Below are positions 30,804 to 40,364 of a stretch of 64,000 nt of DNA, piece after piece. This DNA comes from a virus (lineage: Duplodnaviria; Caudoviricetes): IMG/VR virus record IMGVR_UViG_3300016725_000002, positions 32,001 through 96,000 of that record, one strand, 5' to 3'. Every line of letters begins with the position of its first letter. Position 1 is the stretch's first letter. The position numbers and the translations under genes were made by a program. The notes beneath the pieces were generated by a model that saw only the letters and a program-made list of their open reading frames with translations, was not told where the DNA came from and did no database searches.

Positions 30804-30861
30804 TGGGTTAGGGAAAGCATCTCTAACTACTTTCCCAAAGGGAGCTACCCTCTGTCCCCAA
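30804..30861 (-). repeat. Structured 58-nt motif, copy B (upstream of the HNH gene)
   Basis: Same flanks as copy A; central hairpin GGGAAAGTA-GTTAGAGA-TGCTTTCCC. Confidence 0.85.
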
Positions 30862-30867
30862 GTTTTA

Positions 30868-33732
30868 TTAAACAGTAATACTGAATGAGGATCCGGTTTT
30901 TGTTATCACGATTTTGCCAAAAATATATTCCACGGACTTTGTAGGCTGTATAAATACCCAAACATTCATAATATAGTTATCAATGTCTTCAGCAGAGTTG
31001 TTGGTATCATCACACACAATCTTGTATGTGTAAACACCACGGCGACTCTGAATATTCTTCATATAACTATCAAGACCAACTGTAACCAAGTCACGGGTTA
31101 TCTGGTCATTAAGTTCAAATAAGAAATCATCCAAAAATTCTTTAATTGCAGGTTCAATAACTATTAATAGCATACGAACATTCACTCTATCAAGAGCGGT
31201 TGCCTTACGATATAATGTCTTATTACCCCAAATTCTTATGCCCTTGGTAAGACTGAAAGAGATAGGGTTAATTGAGTTATTATATAATTCATCCTCTTCA
31301 CCTTCTTCCCAAACTTTGGAAAGACCAAGGACGTTTAATACACCGCGGGTGTTACCAGCAACAGGATACCAAGCTTCCTGATATTCTGCGGTATGGCTCA
31401 TATTTGCAGCCACATGACCCACAGGGGCAACATAGATCTCACGATTATTGAATTTATCATAAATTTTAAGGTGAGGAGAATACATTGCTGCATAGCTTGT
31501 ATTCGCCATTAACACCTCATTTCTATAATCAATTACGTCCTGCATAGCATTGCTTGAAAGTTCATCAGAAAGACGTGAAGAGAGCAGCCCAATACTGAAC
31601 TGACGAGATTCACACAAACTGATAATAGCCTGCTGGTATGCAGCAACAGTATAACCACCATCTATAATGACGTTACAAGTATAACGGCGCACGTTAGCTA
31701 GTTTCTGAATAGCTAAAATCATTGCACCTGTAGTAACAGCAGAGCCATTGCTACCATTAGCTAACTTCAAAAGAGTAGTTTGATTAGCTGGATAAATATT
31801 CTCATTAACATTTGTATTATTGATTACTCCAATGTAATTACTACGTTTAACTACATCGTCACAATAGATGCTAACTTGTGAATCGTCAACTGCATCCTGA
31901 TGACGTGACATTAACCAATTTTCAACATTATCAAATGTTCCATCTTCAAGCTTTTTAAATACAGAAACTTTAAAGCTATTAGCAACACCTAAAGTACGAG
32001 CTAACACTTTTTCATCTGCTGTCCAAGTGTCGCTAGTACCATAAGGATAATGCTGTGAAGTAATATAAATATTTTCACCTGTACGAGTTTTATTATAAAA
32101 CAACATACAACCCTGATTAAAGCCAGTATATTGTGTATTATGTGTATCCTGCAATAAGTGTGACTGACCTAATTCAAGGTCAAGAATACCGGCATCAAGA
32201 ATATCAACTGGTATTCCAAGTTCAGCATTAACTGCTGTGGAAGCCAGCATGATTTTATTAGCAGTTTTCGTCTTTATCATATAATAAGTAGCACTTGAAG
32301 TTAACCCGGTAGGTAATGTTCCTGTGCTTGAAACAGTACAACTATATCCTGTTTCAATGTTTTCATAAAGAGTATCAGTGATAGTTAATGTATCCTTGGA
32401 TAAGTCAACTTTACCATTTGAAGTATCAACTTTATCTAGCAATGTAACAGTTAATGTATCAGAAACAGCTAATGTACCAGTAAAGTTGATGGCTACACCA
32501 TCTTTACTTGTAGATAACTGAATTAAGTTATTAACACCTTTAATGACATAATAAATATTATCTTCAGACAGGGGAGCAGCACCTGCAACTGTAGGATATG
32601 TACCACTGGCTGAAATACTTAATTTACATCTGTCATTCTTTGCACACAACTGATAAAAACTAGTTGAAGTAGTAAGAGTATCATTAACAAAGTCTAATTC
32701 TGTAGCAGTAATAGCAGTAATATTTGTTAAAGAGTTTAATTTTAATGTGAAGGTAGCACCTGCAACAGAAGAGAAGGGAATGAAGGAACCCTTAGCTGCA
32801 TCAGAAGCAGAAGAAGCAAGTTGTAATTTATACTTATCCTTATTAACACCCGTCTGGGGAATTACAATGGCATATACAATGGTATCAGGATATAAAGTAG
32901 GTGTAGAAACAGGCATATCAGCAGCATTACCTGCTATTACCAATTCCGTACCTGTTACGCAACAAGTCCAAAACTGTTTAGACACAGTAACTTGAGAGTT
33001 TCCTGTATCAACAGTAAATGTAGAGTTAAGACCAGCCATTTTACCATCACTGGTATCTAACTGGTAAGTATCAGGATCAGTAAAACCAGTAGCTATTTCA
33101 GCATTGGGTTTATCGTTACCAAAGTTTAACAGTATAGCAGAACCACCAGTTCCACTAAACTCAATGTAAACACCAGCAGAAGCATTGGCATAGCTGGTAG
33201 CAAGTCGATATGAAAATGTTTCTTCCTGATACGGAATTAAATAATATTTAACACCAAGAGTTAATCCATTAGGAAGAGTATCTGAATTTTCAGCGGAGAA
33301 AGTAAATACATCACCAGTGGAAATACTTTTCCACATGATTTCAGCAGCAACTAATTCTTCTGTAGTAACATTACGAAGATTGACAGTAAATAACCCATCG
33401 TTAAAGGTAACTCCAACTGTATTATAAGGTTTATCCTGATTAAGAATGCAACCACCATAAAGTGATCCATCCTCTGCACGGGAAACCCACAGTTTATTAC
33501 ACTTTTCAAGAACAGCAAGGTTACAATAATGAGCCAAGTCATCACCAGGACTCACTTTTTCATACACAGTATAACGTCTTAAATAATCAGTATCACTTGT
33601 AATAAGAACGGGTTTAAACTCACCTTTATTGGTCTTTAATGCTGTACCAACATACAGACCCGGAAAAGAAGGAACACGTTCGCTTAAATCAACCTCTATT
33701 ATTGTAGTTCTAGCACGACCACTGGGTATCAT
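30868..33732 (-). CDS. Contractile tail sheath protein with a large repeat insertion
   Basis: IIEVDLS N-terminus; WYPVAGNTRG, LYNNSINPI, IWGNKTL, DRVNVRML, FELND, IQPTKSVEYI. Confidence 0.92.
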   Translation of the reverse strand: MIPSGRARTTIIEVDLSERVPSFPGLYVGTALKTNKGEFKPVLITSDTDYLRRYTVYEKVSPGDDLAHYCNLAVLEKCNKLWVSRAEDGSLYGGCILNQDKPYNTVGVTFNDGLFTVNLRNVTTEELVAAEIMWKSISTGDVFTFSAENSDTLPNGLTLGVKYYLIPYQEETFSYRLATSYANASAGVYIEFSGTGGSAILLNFGNDKPNAEIATGFTDPDTYQLDTSDGKMAGLNSTFTVDTGNSQVTVSKQFWTCCVTGTELVIAGNAADMPVSTPTLYPDTIVYAIVIPQTGVNKDKYKLQLASSASDAAKGSFIPFSSVAGATFTLKLNSLTNITAITATELDFVNDTLTTSTSFYQLCAKNDRCKLSISASGTYPTVAGAAPLSEDNIYYVIKGVNNLIQLSTSKDGVAINFTGTLAVSDTLTVTLLDKVDTSNGKVDLSKDTLTITDTLYENIETGYSCTVSSTGTLPTGLTSSATYYMIKTKTANKIMLASTAVNAELGIPVDILDAGILDLELGQSHLLQDTHNTQYTGFNQGCMLFYNKTRTGENIYITSQHYPYGTSDTWTADEKVLARTLGVANSFKVSVFKKLEDGTFDNVENWLMSRHQDAVDDSQVSIYCDDVVKRSNYIGVINNTNVNENIYPANQTTLLKLANGSNGSAVTTGAMILAIQKLANVRRYTCNVIIDGGYTVAAYQQAIISLCESRQFSIGLLSSRLSDELSSNAMQDVIDYRNEVLMANTSYAAMYSPHLKIYDKFNNREIYVAPVGHVAANMSHTAEYQEAWYPVAGNTRGVLNVLGLSKVWEEGEEDELYNNSINPISFSLTKGIRIWGNKTLYRKATALDRVNVRMLLIVIEPAIKEFLDDFLFELNDQITRDLVTVGLDSYMKNIQSRRGVYTYKIVCDDTNNSAEDIDNYIMNVWVFIQPTKSVEYIFGKIVITKTGSSFSITV

Positions 33733-33741
33733 AAGTTCTCC

Positions 33742-33996
33742 TTAACGAATAACAGTAACTAAGCCTTTAGCTATAGCATTAGATAATGACATATCCTGAA
33801 CAGAAACAACATCAGATTCAAGATAATTTTTAGCGGTACTTGTATTAGGATATAGAAAAATATCATCTTCTTTAAATACAATTTGAATACCAAAATTGCT
33901 TCTATTCCTAAAAGCAACCTTAGGACTTGAATACTGCTTAGGTTTGGAAGTAGTTACAATGTTAACTACTTTTGGTTTATCATCGGTATTAGCCAT
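33742..33996 (-). CDS. Hypothetical structural protein
   Basis: 84 aa, GGAG RBS, directly upstream of the sheath gene. Confidence 0.6.
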   Translation of the reverse strand: MANTDDKPKVVNIVTTSKPKQYSSPKVAFRNRSNFGIQIVFKEDDIFLYPNTSTAKNYLESDVVSVQDMSLSNAIAKGLVTVIR

Positions 33997-34005
33997 AAGT
34001 TCTCC

Positions 34006-34647
34006 CTATGTATTAATTTGAGTGTAGTTAAATTTAGCTAAGGTATTAACATCAAATTCATTATTCCTAATACTTCTAATTAATTTATCTTCTTTACTAA
34101 ATATCAAGTAAGAACCAAGAGAAAAACCTGCTTCATACATGTAAATCAGACCCGTTTCTTCATAAGATTGGCTTTTTGTACCGGAAGGAGGAAGTGTCGG
34201 GTCTTCAAAAGCAGTCAACGAGCAGTCAAGTTCAATATCAATACTGTCGTTTATATAAAACTGCACTGGAATTTTACAATTATTTTGAAGCGCATAATAT
34301 CTAGTAAGTAAATCAAAGCTAGAAAGTTCATCCTGACAATACAAAGTACATGAAAATGTCATAATAATAGGACGCACATTTAATACAAGCGATTTGGTTC
34401 CACCAGCATTATCAGTCATTTGAAATCTAGTTGGTTTAGATGGCCCATTTCGTTGGCTGATTTGAGTTAATGTAAATATTAACCCAGGAAAGGTAATCCT
34501 ATCATCTTTAAGTTTATTAAAATACGCATCTGAATCACCATAAACAACCACGCCAGGATCGTTATTTTGATTTAAAATAGGGTCAGTACCTTCAAAAAAG
34601 AATGACTTTAGATATGCCGCAGTATGGGCAATACTTGTTCTAATCAT
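34006..34647 (-). CDS. Putative tail completion / neck protein
   Basis: Between capsid and sheath genes; ITFPGL...RPI.MTF pattern; assignment mostly positional. Confidence 0.4.
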   Translation of the reverse strand: MIRTSIAHTAAYLKSFFFEGTDPILNQNNDPGVVVYGDSDAYFNKLKDDRITFPGLIFTLTQISQRNGPSKPTRFQMTDNAGGTKSLVLNVRPIIMTFSCTLYCQDELSSFDLLTRYYALQNNCKIPVQFYINDSIDIELDCSLTAFEDPTLPPSGTKSQSYEETGLIYMYEAGFSLGSYLIFSKEDKLIRSIRNNEFDVNTLAKFNYTQINT

Positions 34648-34997
34648 TTTATTATACTAGCAAATACTTCAACTTTTAATGTATTAGTTATCTTTATTCC
34701 CTTTAAACCTTCACATTCATATAGCAGCATATTACATTTTTCTAGTGTAACTATTTCATCTGTGGTTGTTATTAAGTTAATTGTGAATGGCTTTTCATCT
34801 CCGAAATAGTTACTAAGAAAAATGAATGTACTGCTATTAGACACATCAAAATACTTAAATTCTTCAGGGGCAAATTCAATCTTTGGCATATAATTAATGA
34901 AATTAGATAAGTTACAACCACGACTATATGAACCTAGTTTATTGCGGGTTTTATCAACACTTAAACCTAAAGATAGATCAATGTGAAGGGTTGACAT
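34644..34997 (-). CDS. Hypothetical protein
   Basis: 117 aa, GGAG RBS. Confidence 0.6.
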   Translation of the reverse strand: MSTLHIDLSLGLSVDKTRNKLGSYSRGCNLSNFINYMPKIEFAPEEFKYFDVSNSSTFIFLSNYFGDEKPFTINLITTTDEIVTLEKCNMLLYECEGLKGIKITNTLKVEVFASIIK

Positions 34998-35013
34998 TTA
35001 TACACTCCGTAGT

Positions 35014-35057
35014 AAAAAAGCCCTTCGATAACTTGTAACGGTTATCGAAGGGCTTTT
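35014..35057. terminator. Rho-independent terminator ending the capsid operon
   Basis: aaaagcccttcgataac-ttgtaacg-gttatcgaagggctttt stem with T-runs. Confidence 0.88.
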
Positions 35058-35088
35058 GAGGTCTTAGTTCCCTAAAACCGTTGAGGTT

Positions 35089-35493
35089 TTACCACTTGGT
35101 GTTGGCGAGGCGGGCCACAGAAGCAGGAACCATGACCTTGCTGGTCATTGTGCCGCCGTCATCGTCCGGGTCGGTGTTGGTGTCGTCAGGATCAGTGTCG
35201 TCATCGTCCGGGTCGGTGTCGGTGTCGGTGTCCATGTCGTCATCAGCGTCATCATCGGCGCTGTCGAGTTCATCCTGGTCAGTGTCGAGCATGTCTGTGT
35301 CCATGTCGTCATCAGCATCGTCTTCAGAAAAGCCGAGAGATTCGGCAACGCCGTGCATAACGGGGTCAAGTTCCTGACCCTCGCAAGCAAGGCACATCAA
35401 ACGACCGGCTTCTTCAGCCTGACCAGACTTGCCAGCAATATAAGCCTGAGCTAACAGGCGGCCCTTTGTCACAATTTTAGCGTTGATCTTCAT
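35089..35493 (-). CDS. Small Asp-rich head-associated protein
   Basis: DDADDDMDTD twice and DPDDD repeats; GC-rich codons like the capsid gene; AGGAG RBS. Confidence 0.7.
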   Translation of the reverse strand: MKINAKIVTKGRLLAQAYIAGKSGQAEEAGRLMCLACEGQELDPVMHGVAESLGFSEDDADDDMDTDMLDTDQDELDSADDDADDDMDTDTDTDPDDDDTDPDDTNTDPDDDGGTMTSKVMVPASVARLANTKW

Positions 35494-35521
35494 GTTTGTT
35501 CTCCTGAAAACTAGTCAGCGA

Positions 35522-36577
35522 CTAGCTGTTAGCGAGGCGTTTGCCCTTAACGATAGAGCGGGTGTTGGCGACCATCATGGAAGTGATCTGGTCGAAGAAC
35601 CAACCACGCTTGGACTGGCCCTGATTGTAGGTATTGATGGGCTCCGTAATCAGATTACGGGCATGCATCACACCGTGGTATTCAGGGGAAGCAATGGCGT
35701 ACAGGTCGCCAGCTTCGAGAACACGCATGTTGGGGCCGCGCACGGCGTCAGACACGATATTCACGCCATACATCTGGCCGATTTCGCCAGTCTGAAGCAC
35801 TTCGTACTGGGTAACGGGGTCAAACACCTGCTGGAACTCTGAACCAGAAATGATATCCTGGTACAGGTTTGAGGAAATGAGCAGGGTTGAGGGCGGCAGG
35901 CCTTCGTTCGTGATAATGTTAATCATGCGGGCGAAGATCTGCGGGGTGAAGGACATGAAGCTCTGCACGTTGTAGCGTGAAGTCGCCGCCACGTCAGCCA
36001 GCTTCTTCCAGAAGCGGTCTTCCGTGACCATGAGGGCTTCAAGGCATTCATCGTATTTTTCTTCCAGCAGGTCGTTGGGGCTGCGCTGGATTTCCATGTT
36101 GGTGATAAGGATTTCGCTCGTGATGCTGAACTCGTTCAGGATCTGGCGGCGTTCACGCGCTTCCACGGGGATGACGCGGCTTTCACTGGACATGGCGTAG
36201 GCAATGGCCTGTTTGTCACGCATGGTGACATAAGGCAGGTCGCCGGATTCCAGAGGTTTGAACTGGAGGAAACGGCGGGCAAAGCCGTCACGGTTGGTCT
36301 GGTCGAGAACTTCGCTTGTAACGGCTTCCGCAAGAATAGCCATTTTGTGGCCGCTCTTGTCAGTGGAGGCTTCAACGAGAGCCTTGGTACGTTCGCGGCG
36401 GGCGTTGACGTTGGCTTCGATGGTAGCCTTATCTTCAAACTTGCCGGAAGCAAGCAGTTCAATAGCTTCTTTCACCTTGGTGATTGCGTCAGCCTTGCAA
36501 GAGGCGTTGATTTCACCGCCATTGTTGAACAGGACGGAACCCCTGCTCTTTGATAAGCCAGGAACTAGAGTTTTCAT
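35522..36577 (-). CDS. Major capsid protein
   Basis: 351 aa; HK97-like pattern (RDGFARRFL...EEKYDE.LEALMVTEDR..GEIGQMYGVNIVSD); GC-rich codon bias; position after scaffold/decoration genes. Confidence 0.8.
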   Translation of the reverse strand: MKTLVPGLSKSRGSVLFNNGGEINASCKADAITKVKEAIELLASGKFEDKATIEANVNARRERTKALVEASTDKSGHKMAILAEAVTSEVLDQTNRDGFARRFLQFKPLESGDLPYVTMRDKQAIAYAMSSESRVIPVEARERRQILNEFSITSEILITNMEIQRSPNDLLEEKYDECLEALMVTEDRFWKKLADVAATSRYNVQSFMSFTPQIFARMINIITNEGLPPSTLLISSNLYQDIISGSEFQQVFDPVTQYEVLQTGEIGQMYGVNIVSDAVRGPNMRVLEAGDLYAIASPEYHGVMHARNLITEPINTYNQGQSKRGWFFDQITSMMVANTRSIVKGKRLANS

Positions 36578-36602
36578 GTGATTCTCCCTTTAAATCTTTA
36601 CG

Positions 36603-37265
36603 TTATATACGAATGCCCAGGAAGGGAGTGTCAACGCCGGGCACTGACACAACAGAACCGGGAATGGCAGCCAGAGTGCCGTTGCTCGCCTGCATGCCAA
36701 CCAGACCTGTAGCGGTCACGCACAGTGACATAGAGGTGTCAGCGAAGTTGGCTTTGGCGTCAAACTGGTCAGTATACACGATACCTTCCATGATGACGCC
36801 GATGCTGCCCAGCATGTCGGTTGAGGACATTGTGGGGATAAGCACGCGGTCTTCCATAAGCACTTCAGTTGTGCTGGGTGCGTAGCGATACTGCACACGC
36901 ACGGCCATGCCCTTGTTGGCGTCGGGCACTGTCACTTCTTTGCCGGAGACTGTGCATTCAATGGCGGCGCCAGATGTGGCTAGGTACACGGAAAACTGGC
37001 CGGTCAGGGGCTCGTTCTTGAGGATCAATTTGCCAGTTTCGGAGTTGGCGGTCAGCACTTCAACGGCTGATTTGGTGAGAGGAGTGAGGGATTCAGTGTA
37101 GCTGAAGCCCACGAAAGGAGCAACGGTGGTGTTGCCCTGACGAACACATTCCTGCCCGTTCACGATTTCACGAACGAGGGGAAGACCTTCTGCATTCACA
37201 GTCTGGCCGGGGACGATGGCGATTTCCTGTGAATTGAGAATCATTAATCTACCGGTGTGTAACAT
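36603..37265 (-). CDS. Putative capsid decoration / head structural protein
   Basis: Directly upstream of the MCP, same codon bias, beta-rich, ends PFLGIRI. Confidence 0.6.
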   Translation of the reverse strand: MLHTGRLMILNSQEIAIVPGQTVNAEGLPLVREIVNGQECVRQGNTTVAPFVGFSYTESLTPLTKSAVEVLTANSETGKLILKNEPLTGQFSVYLATSGAAIECTVSGKEVTVPDANKGMAVRVQYRYAPSTTEVLMEDRVLIPTMSSTDMLGSIGVIMEGIVYTDQFDAKANFADTSMSLCVTATGLVGMQASNGTLAAIPGSVVSVPGVDTPFLGIRI

Positions 37266-37286
37266 GGGATTTCCTCCAAAAAAGAA

Positions 37287-38537
37287 TTAACGCCGGCGAA
37301 GATTCAGCCGACTCTTTAATTCTGTAACAGAATCATCCTTCACAGAAGAAGTAATTTCCGTCACAGAAGGGTCGAGTAAACGCATGCTACTAGCATTCAA
37401 CGCGGCCCGCACTTTATGATGTTCGGCATCTTCAGCAGTAAAACTGCCGGTGTTTGCCGCACAAATCATAGCCTTAGTTTCTTCAAACACAGGCTGAGGT
37501 TTCTTTAAAAGAGCCACAGCCTTTGCAAGAATGGAAGCGTATAGGGTTGTAGCATTGTTTCCCAATACGGAGCTAACGCAAGCTTCAACCCTCTCACGAG
37601 GAATGCCGCTACCAATTAGCTCATTCATCATGTTATCTCGTAATTCTTTATTAATATCTGGGTAAATGCCTTTAATGCCACCTTCAGTAGCTAACGCCAT
37701 GCACTCGATTAAACGAGGAAGGACGCTATCATTGATTCGGGCTTGAGCAAGGCTTTCAATGTACGCAGGAGTTAAAACTTTATTGCTAAATATTGAACCG
37801 CCAAACTTAGATACGGCGGAACCGACACCTTCAGTTTTGGCTATATGCTTAAATCCAGAAATCATGGAAGTGGTTCCAAAGATACTCTGAATATCAGCAG
37901 AACATTTATTACGTTTAAAGACGTACATTGGATTGCCAGTCTTTGCACTGAAAGCAACCAATGTTCCGTCCGGGCCATTCTCGGCATCGTTTACTGACTT
38001 CCACTGAAGGTCATCAGTATCATCCAAAGATGATTTAACATCATCCTCGGTGTCAGTGGCCCTATTATCAATAACGTCATCATCAACTACGGAATCATCA
38101 TCGTTAGCGTCGTCATCTGACTGGTCATCTGCGTTGACTTCATCGCAGCTACCGTCAGTGCATGCGGCATCAGAAAAGGGGTCAGTTCCATCTTCTGAAT
38201 CATCCGCAGAATTGCATTCAGAAGCTTCACATAATGAAGCTCCGCCGCAAATAGGACAATATAAAGAAGCACTTAATTCAGAACAAGTACGATTGGCATT
38301 TGCAATGCCAAGTTTTGCGCCGCAATCCGTACAAGTAATTTCAGCTTTGTCGGTTTGGTTTACACCAGCAAGCACGTTTGCTTTAACTTGTGTACCTTCA
38401 CCTTCAAACTTCTCGCCACAATGAGGGCAAATGGTAATTTCATTCTTGCTGCCAAGAATTGAGTTACCACAAGCTGTGCAGGAGAACTTTGCAAGAGCTG
38501 ACTTTGACGAATTGGCTGTTATAACCAATGTATTCAC
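37287..38537 (-). CDS. Putative prohead scaffold/core protein with Zn-ribbon N-terminus
   Basis: Four CxxC pairs, acidic linker, helical C-terminus; upstream of head genes; many [VIL]xA sites. Confidence 0.5.
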   Translation of the reverse strand: MNTLVITANSSKSALAKFSCTACGNSILGSKNEITICPHCGEKFEGEGTQVKANVLAGVNQTDKAEITCTDCGAKLGIANANRTCSELSASLYCPICGGASLCEASECNSADDSEDGTDPFSDAACTDGSCDEVNADDQSDDDANDDDSVVDDDVIDNRATDTEDDVKSSLDDTDDLQWKSVNDAENGPDGTLVAFSAKTGNPMYVFKRNKCSADIQSIFGTTSMISGFKHIAKTEGVGSAVSKFGGSIFSNKVLTPAYIESLAQARINDSVLPRLIECMALATEGGIKGIYPDINKELRDNMMNELIGSGIPRERVEACVSSVLGNNATTLYASILAKAVALLKKPQPVFEETKAMICAANTGSFTAEDAEHHKVRAALNASSMRLLDPSVTEITSSVKDDSVTELKSRLNLRRR

Positions 38538-38593
38538 AGTCCCTCCGATTATATATTACGGTATTTTAATTAAACTGTTGAATGTCATTAAAT

Positions 38594-38929
38594 TTAAAGC
38601 GAATATAGCAATTTATCTAAGTCTAAAATTGAAGGGTATGTAATTACCCTTCCAGAATAGCAATCTAAAGGTGTTAGCATGTCATTATAGAGCATTAAAG
38701 GTACTTTGTATGTTACATATCCATAAATATTATATGATAGTAAATCAGGTCGATATATTTCAGTTATAATCGTATAACTACCAGCAGCAGAAATACTTTT
38801 AATATAATAAGCAAAGGAACTACCTAAAATATCATACATTCCTGCATTATCTGTCATCCAAGGTATAATTTTACCAATATCATACTTTAATGTGGATTGA
38901 AACGCTAAATTTGGCTTTTCTAACGCCAT
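38594..38929 (-). CDS. Baseplate wedge protein (T4 gp53/LysM-like)
   Basis: YRPDLLSYNIYG...LMLYN...G..I.YPS. Confidence 0.7.
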   Translation of the reverse strand: MALEKPNLAFQSTLKYDIGKIIPWMTDNAGMYDILGSSFAYYIKSISAAGSYTIITEIYRPDLLSYNIYGYVTYKVPLMLYNDMLTPLDCYSGRVITYPSILDLDKLLYSL

Positions 38930-38943
38930 AATTTACCTCATAA

Positions 38944-39462
38944 TTATGAATTAAGTATCACCTTAAATATTGCGTCAACAATCTTTTTTGCGGGTTGCTT
39001 TTTCACCGCAGTAAAAGGTATGTTGTTATTTTCGAGGAATTGTGTGATTTTGGTGTCAATTTGCAGACTTTCTTCTTTTGTGTATAAACAGGGTTTATTA
39101 AAACCATTTATACGGGGGAGCATAAAATTCAAGTTTTCATATGAATTAAACAAAGTTAATGCGAGTTCTTCAAAAGGGCGTTGTATTAGACGTTTTTTGT
39201 TGTAAATAAGCGGAAGCAAAATAGGCGAATCAAGTATCACGAAATCAGTCTTCTTTCTTAAACGATCTAATACCAATTCTTGCTTTGCAAAAATATGTAG
39301 TTGATGTTTCAATGTATCTTTTCTATCAATTAAGACATTATATTTTGCATAATCTGTTATTACTTCAACTTTTAAATCAGCGCAAACCATTGCATCAAAT
39401 ATTCTAGCAGCACAAGTAGTTTTACCAATATTCGGGCCACCAAATAAGTTGATTACTCTCAT
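38944..39462 (-). CDS. P-loop NTPase / kinase (NadR/AAA_28-like)
   Basis: VINLFGGPNIGKTT, ILDSPIL, ESLQID. Confidence 0.75.
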   Translation of the reverse strand: MRVINLFGGPNIGKTTCAARIFDAMVCADLKVEVITDYAKYNVLIDRKDTLKHQLHIFAKQELVLDRLRKKTDFVILDSPILLPLIYNKKRLIQRPFEELALTLFNSYENLNFMLPRINGFNKPCLYTKEESLQIDTKITQFLENNNIPFTAVKKQPAKKIVDAIFKVILNS

Positions 39463-39476
39463 CCCCTCTTCCTTGG

Positions 39477-40364
39477 TTAAAGGTGATTAACGCACCAATC
39501 ATACAATGTTGCAGACGGGCGCATATCATAACACCAATCTTGGTCAAGTAAGTGTTGATAAAAGATGCTAAAGTTTTCACTAGTTAGCCCGGTAGTTGTT
39601 GCGTAGCATTTATCACTATATACATCTGATAAAGTCGTATGATAATTAGATACACAACTAAGTATATCATCTATACCATCAACATGGTTTCTTGCAGGTA
39701 AAGTAGGACATATAATTTGCTTACCACATTGTAATGCTTCTAACAAAGCATTAGGAAAAGGGTCAATGAACATTGCGCTTTTAGGAAAGTAATAATGAGT
39801 AATATGATTAAAGAAATCAACTGCATCATGTGTATGATAATGTTGTTTAATCATTGGATGTGTTAGATATGTAGTAGCATTACCCATAGTTACTAATGAA
39901 ATTGGTTTAGTTAACTGATCTAATTCATAACGTAAATACTCAATTGCATCTGGATTTGTATGAACTCTAGCATAAAAACCAACTACGGGTTCGGTTGGTT
40001 TAGAGTCAACTGAAAAGTTAGTAATCATTGGTATAAATGCGTTAAAGAAGTTATTACTATTATACATACTTAATCCATTAGTTATAGGTCGTTGAAGAAA
40101 CTTATTTACACTATTTCTAATATAAAAAATCATATTCAATCGCCTAGCTTTAATTACATTATAATGAAATGCGTATAATTCTGGAGCTTGAAATGTACTA
40201 ATAACTTTAAATTTAGTTGTTAACTCTTCTAAATTTGGTATTTCCGTATCAACTTTAAAATTAAGATTATGTTCTACACAAAATCGTTTTGTTACAGTAT
40301 ATGACCCACGCTTAGCCAAGTCATACTTCTTTCCAATTAAACAATATTTAGAAGAACTTTTCAT
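39477..40364 (-). CDS. Putative glycosyltransferase (GT-B/GT4-like)
   Basis: VVGFYAR and DPFPNALLEALQCGKQII resemble the GT4 donor-binding signature; start placed at MKSSSKY (ORF track extends to 40382). Confidence 0.6.
   Translation of the reverse strand: MKSSSKYCLIGKKYDLAKRGSYTVTKRFCVEHNLNFKVDTEIPNLEELTTKFKVISTFQAPELYAFHYNVIKARRLNMIFYIRNSVNKFLQRPITNGLSMYNSNNFFNAFIPMITNFSVDSKPTEPVVGFYARVHTNPDAIEYLRYELDQLTKPISLVTMGNATTYLTHPMIKQHYHTHDAVDFFNHITHYYFPKSAMFIDPFPNALLEALQCGKQIICPTLPARNHVDGIDDILSCVSNYHTTLSDVYSDKCYATTTGLTSENFSIFYQHLLDQDWCYDMRPSATLYDWCVNHL

Noticed and set aside
28967-30861. Group I intron or IS element around the HNH gene
   Set aside because: Sheath and downstream genes are complete, there is no intron core or transposase, and the repeats are direct rather than inverted
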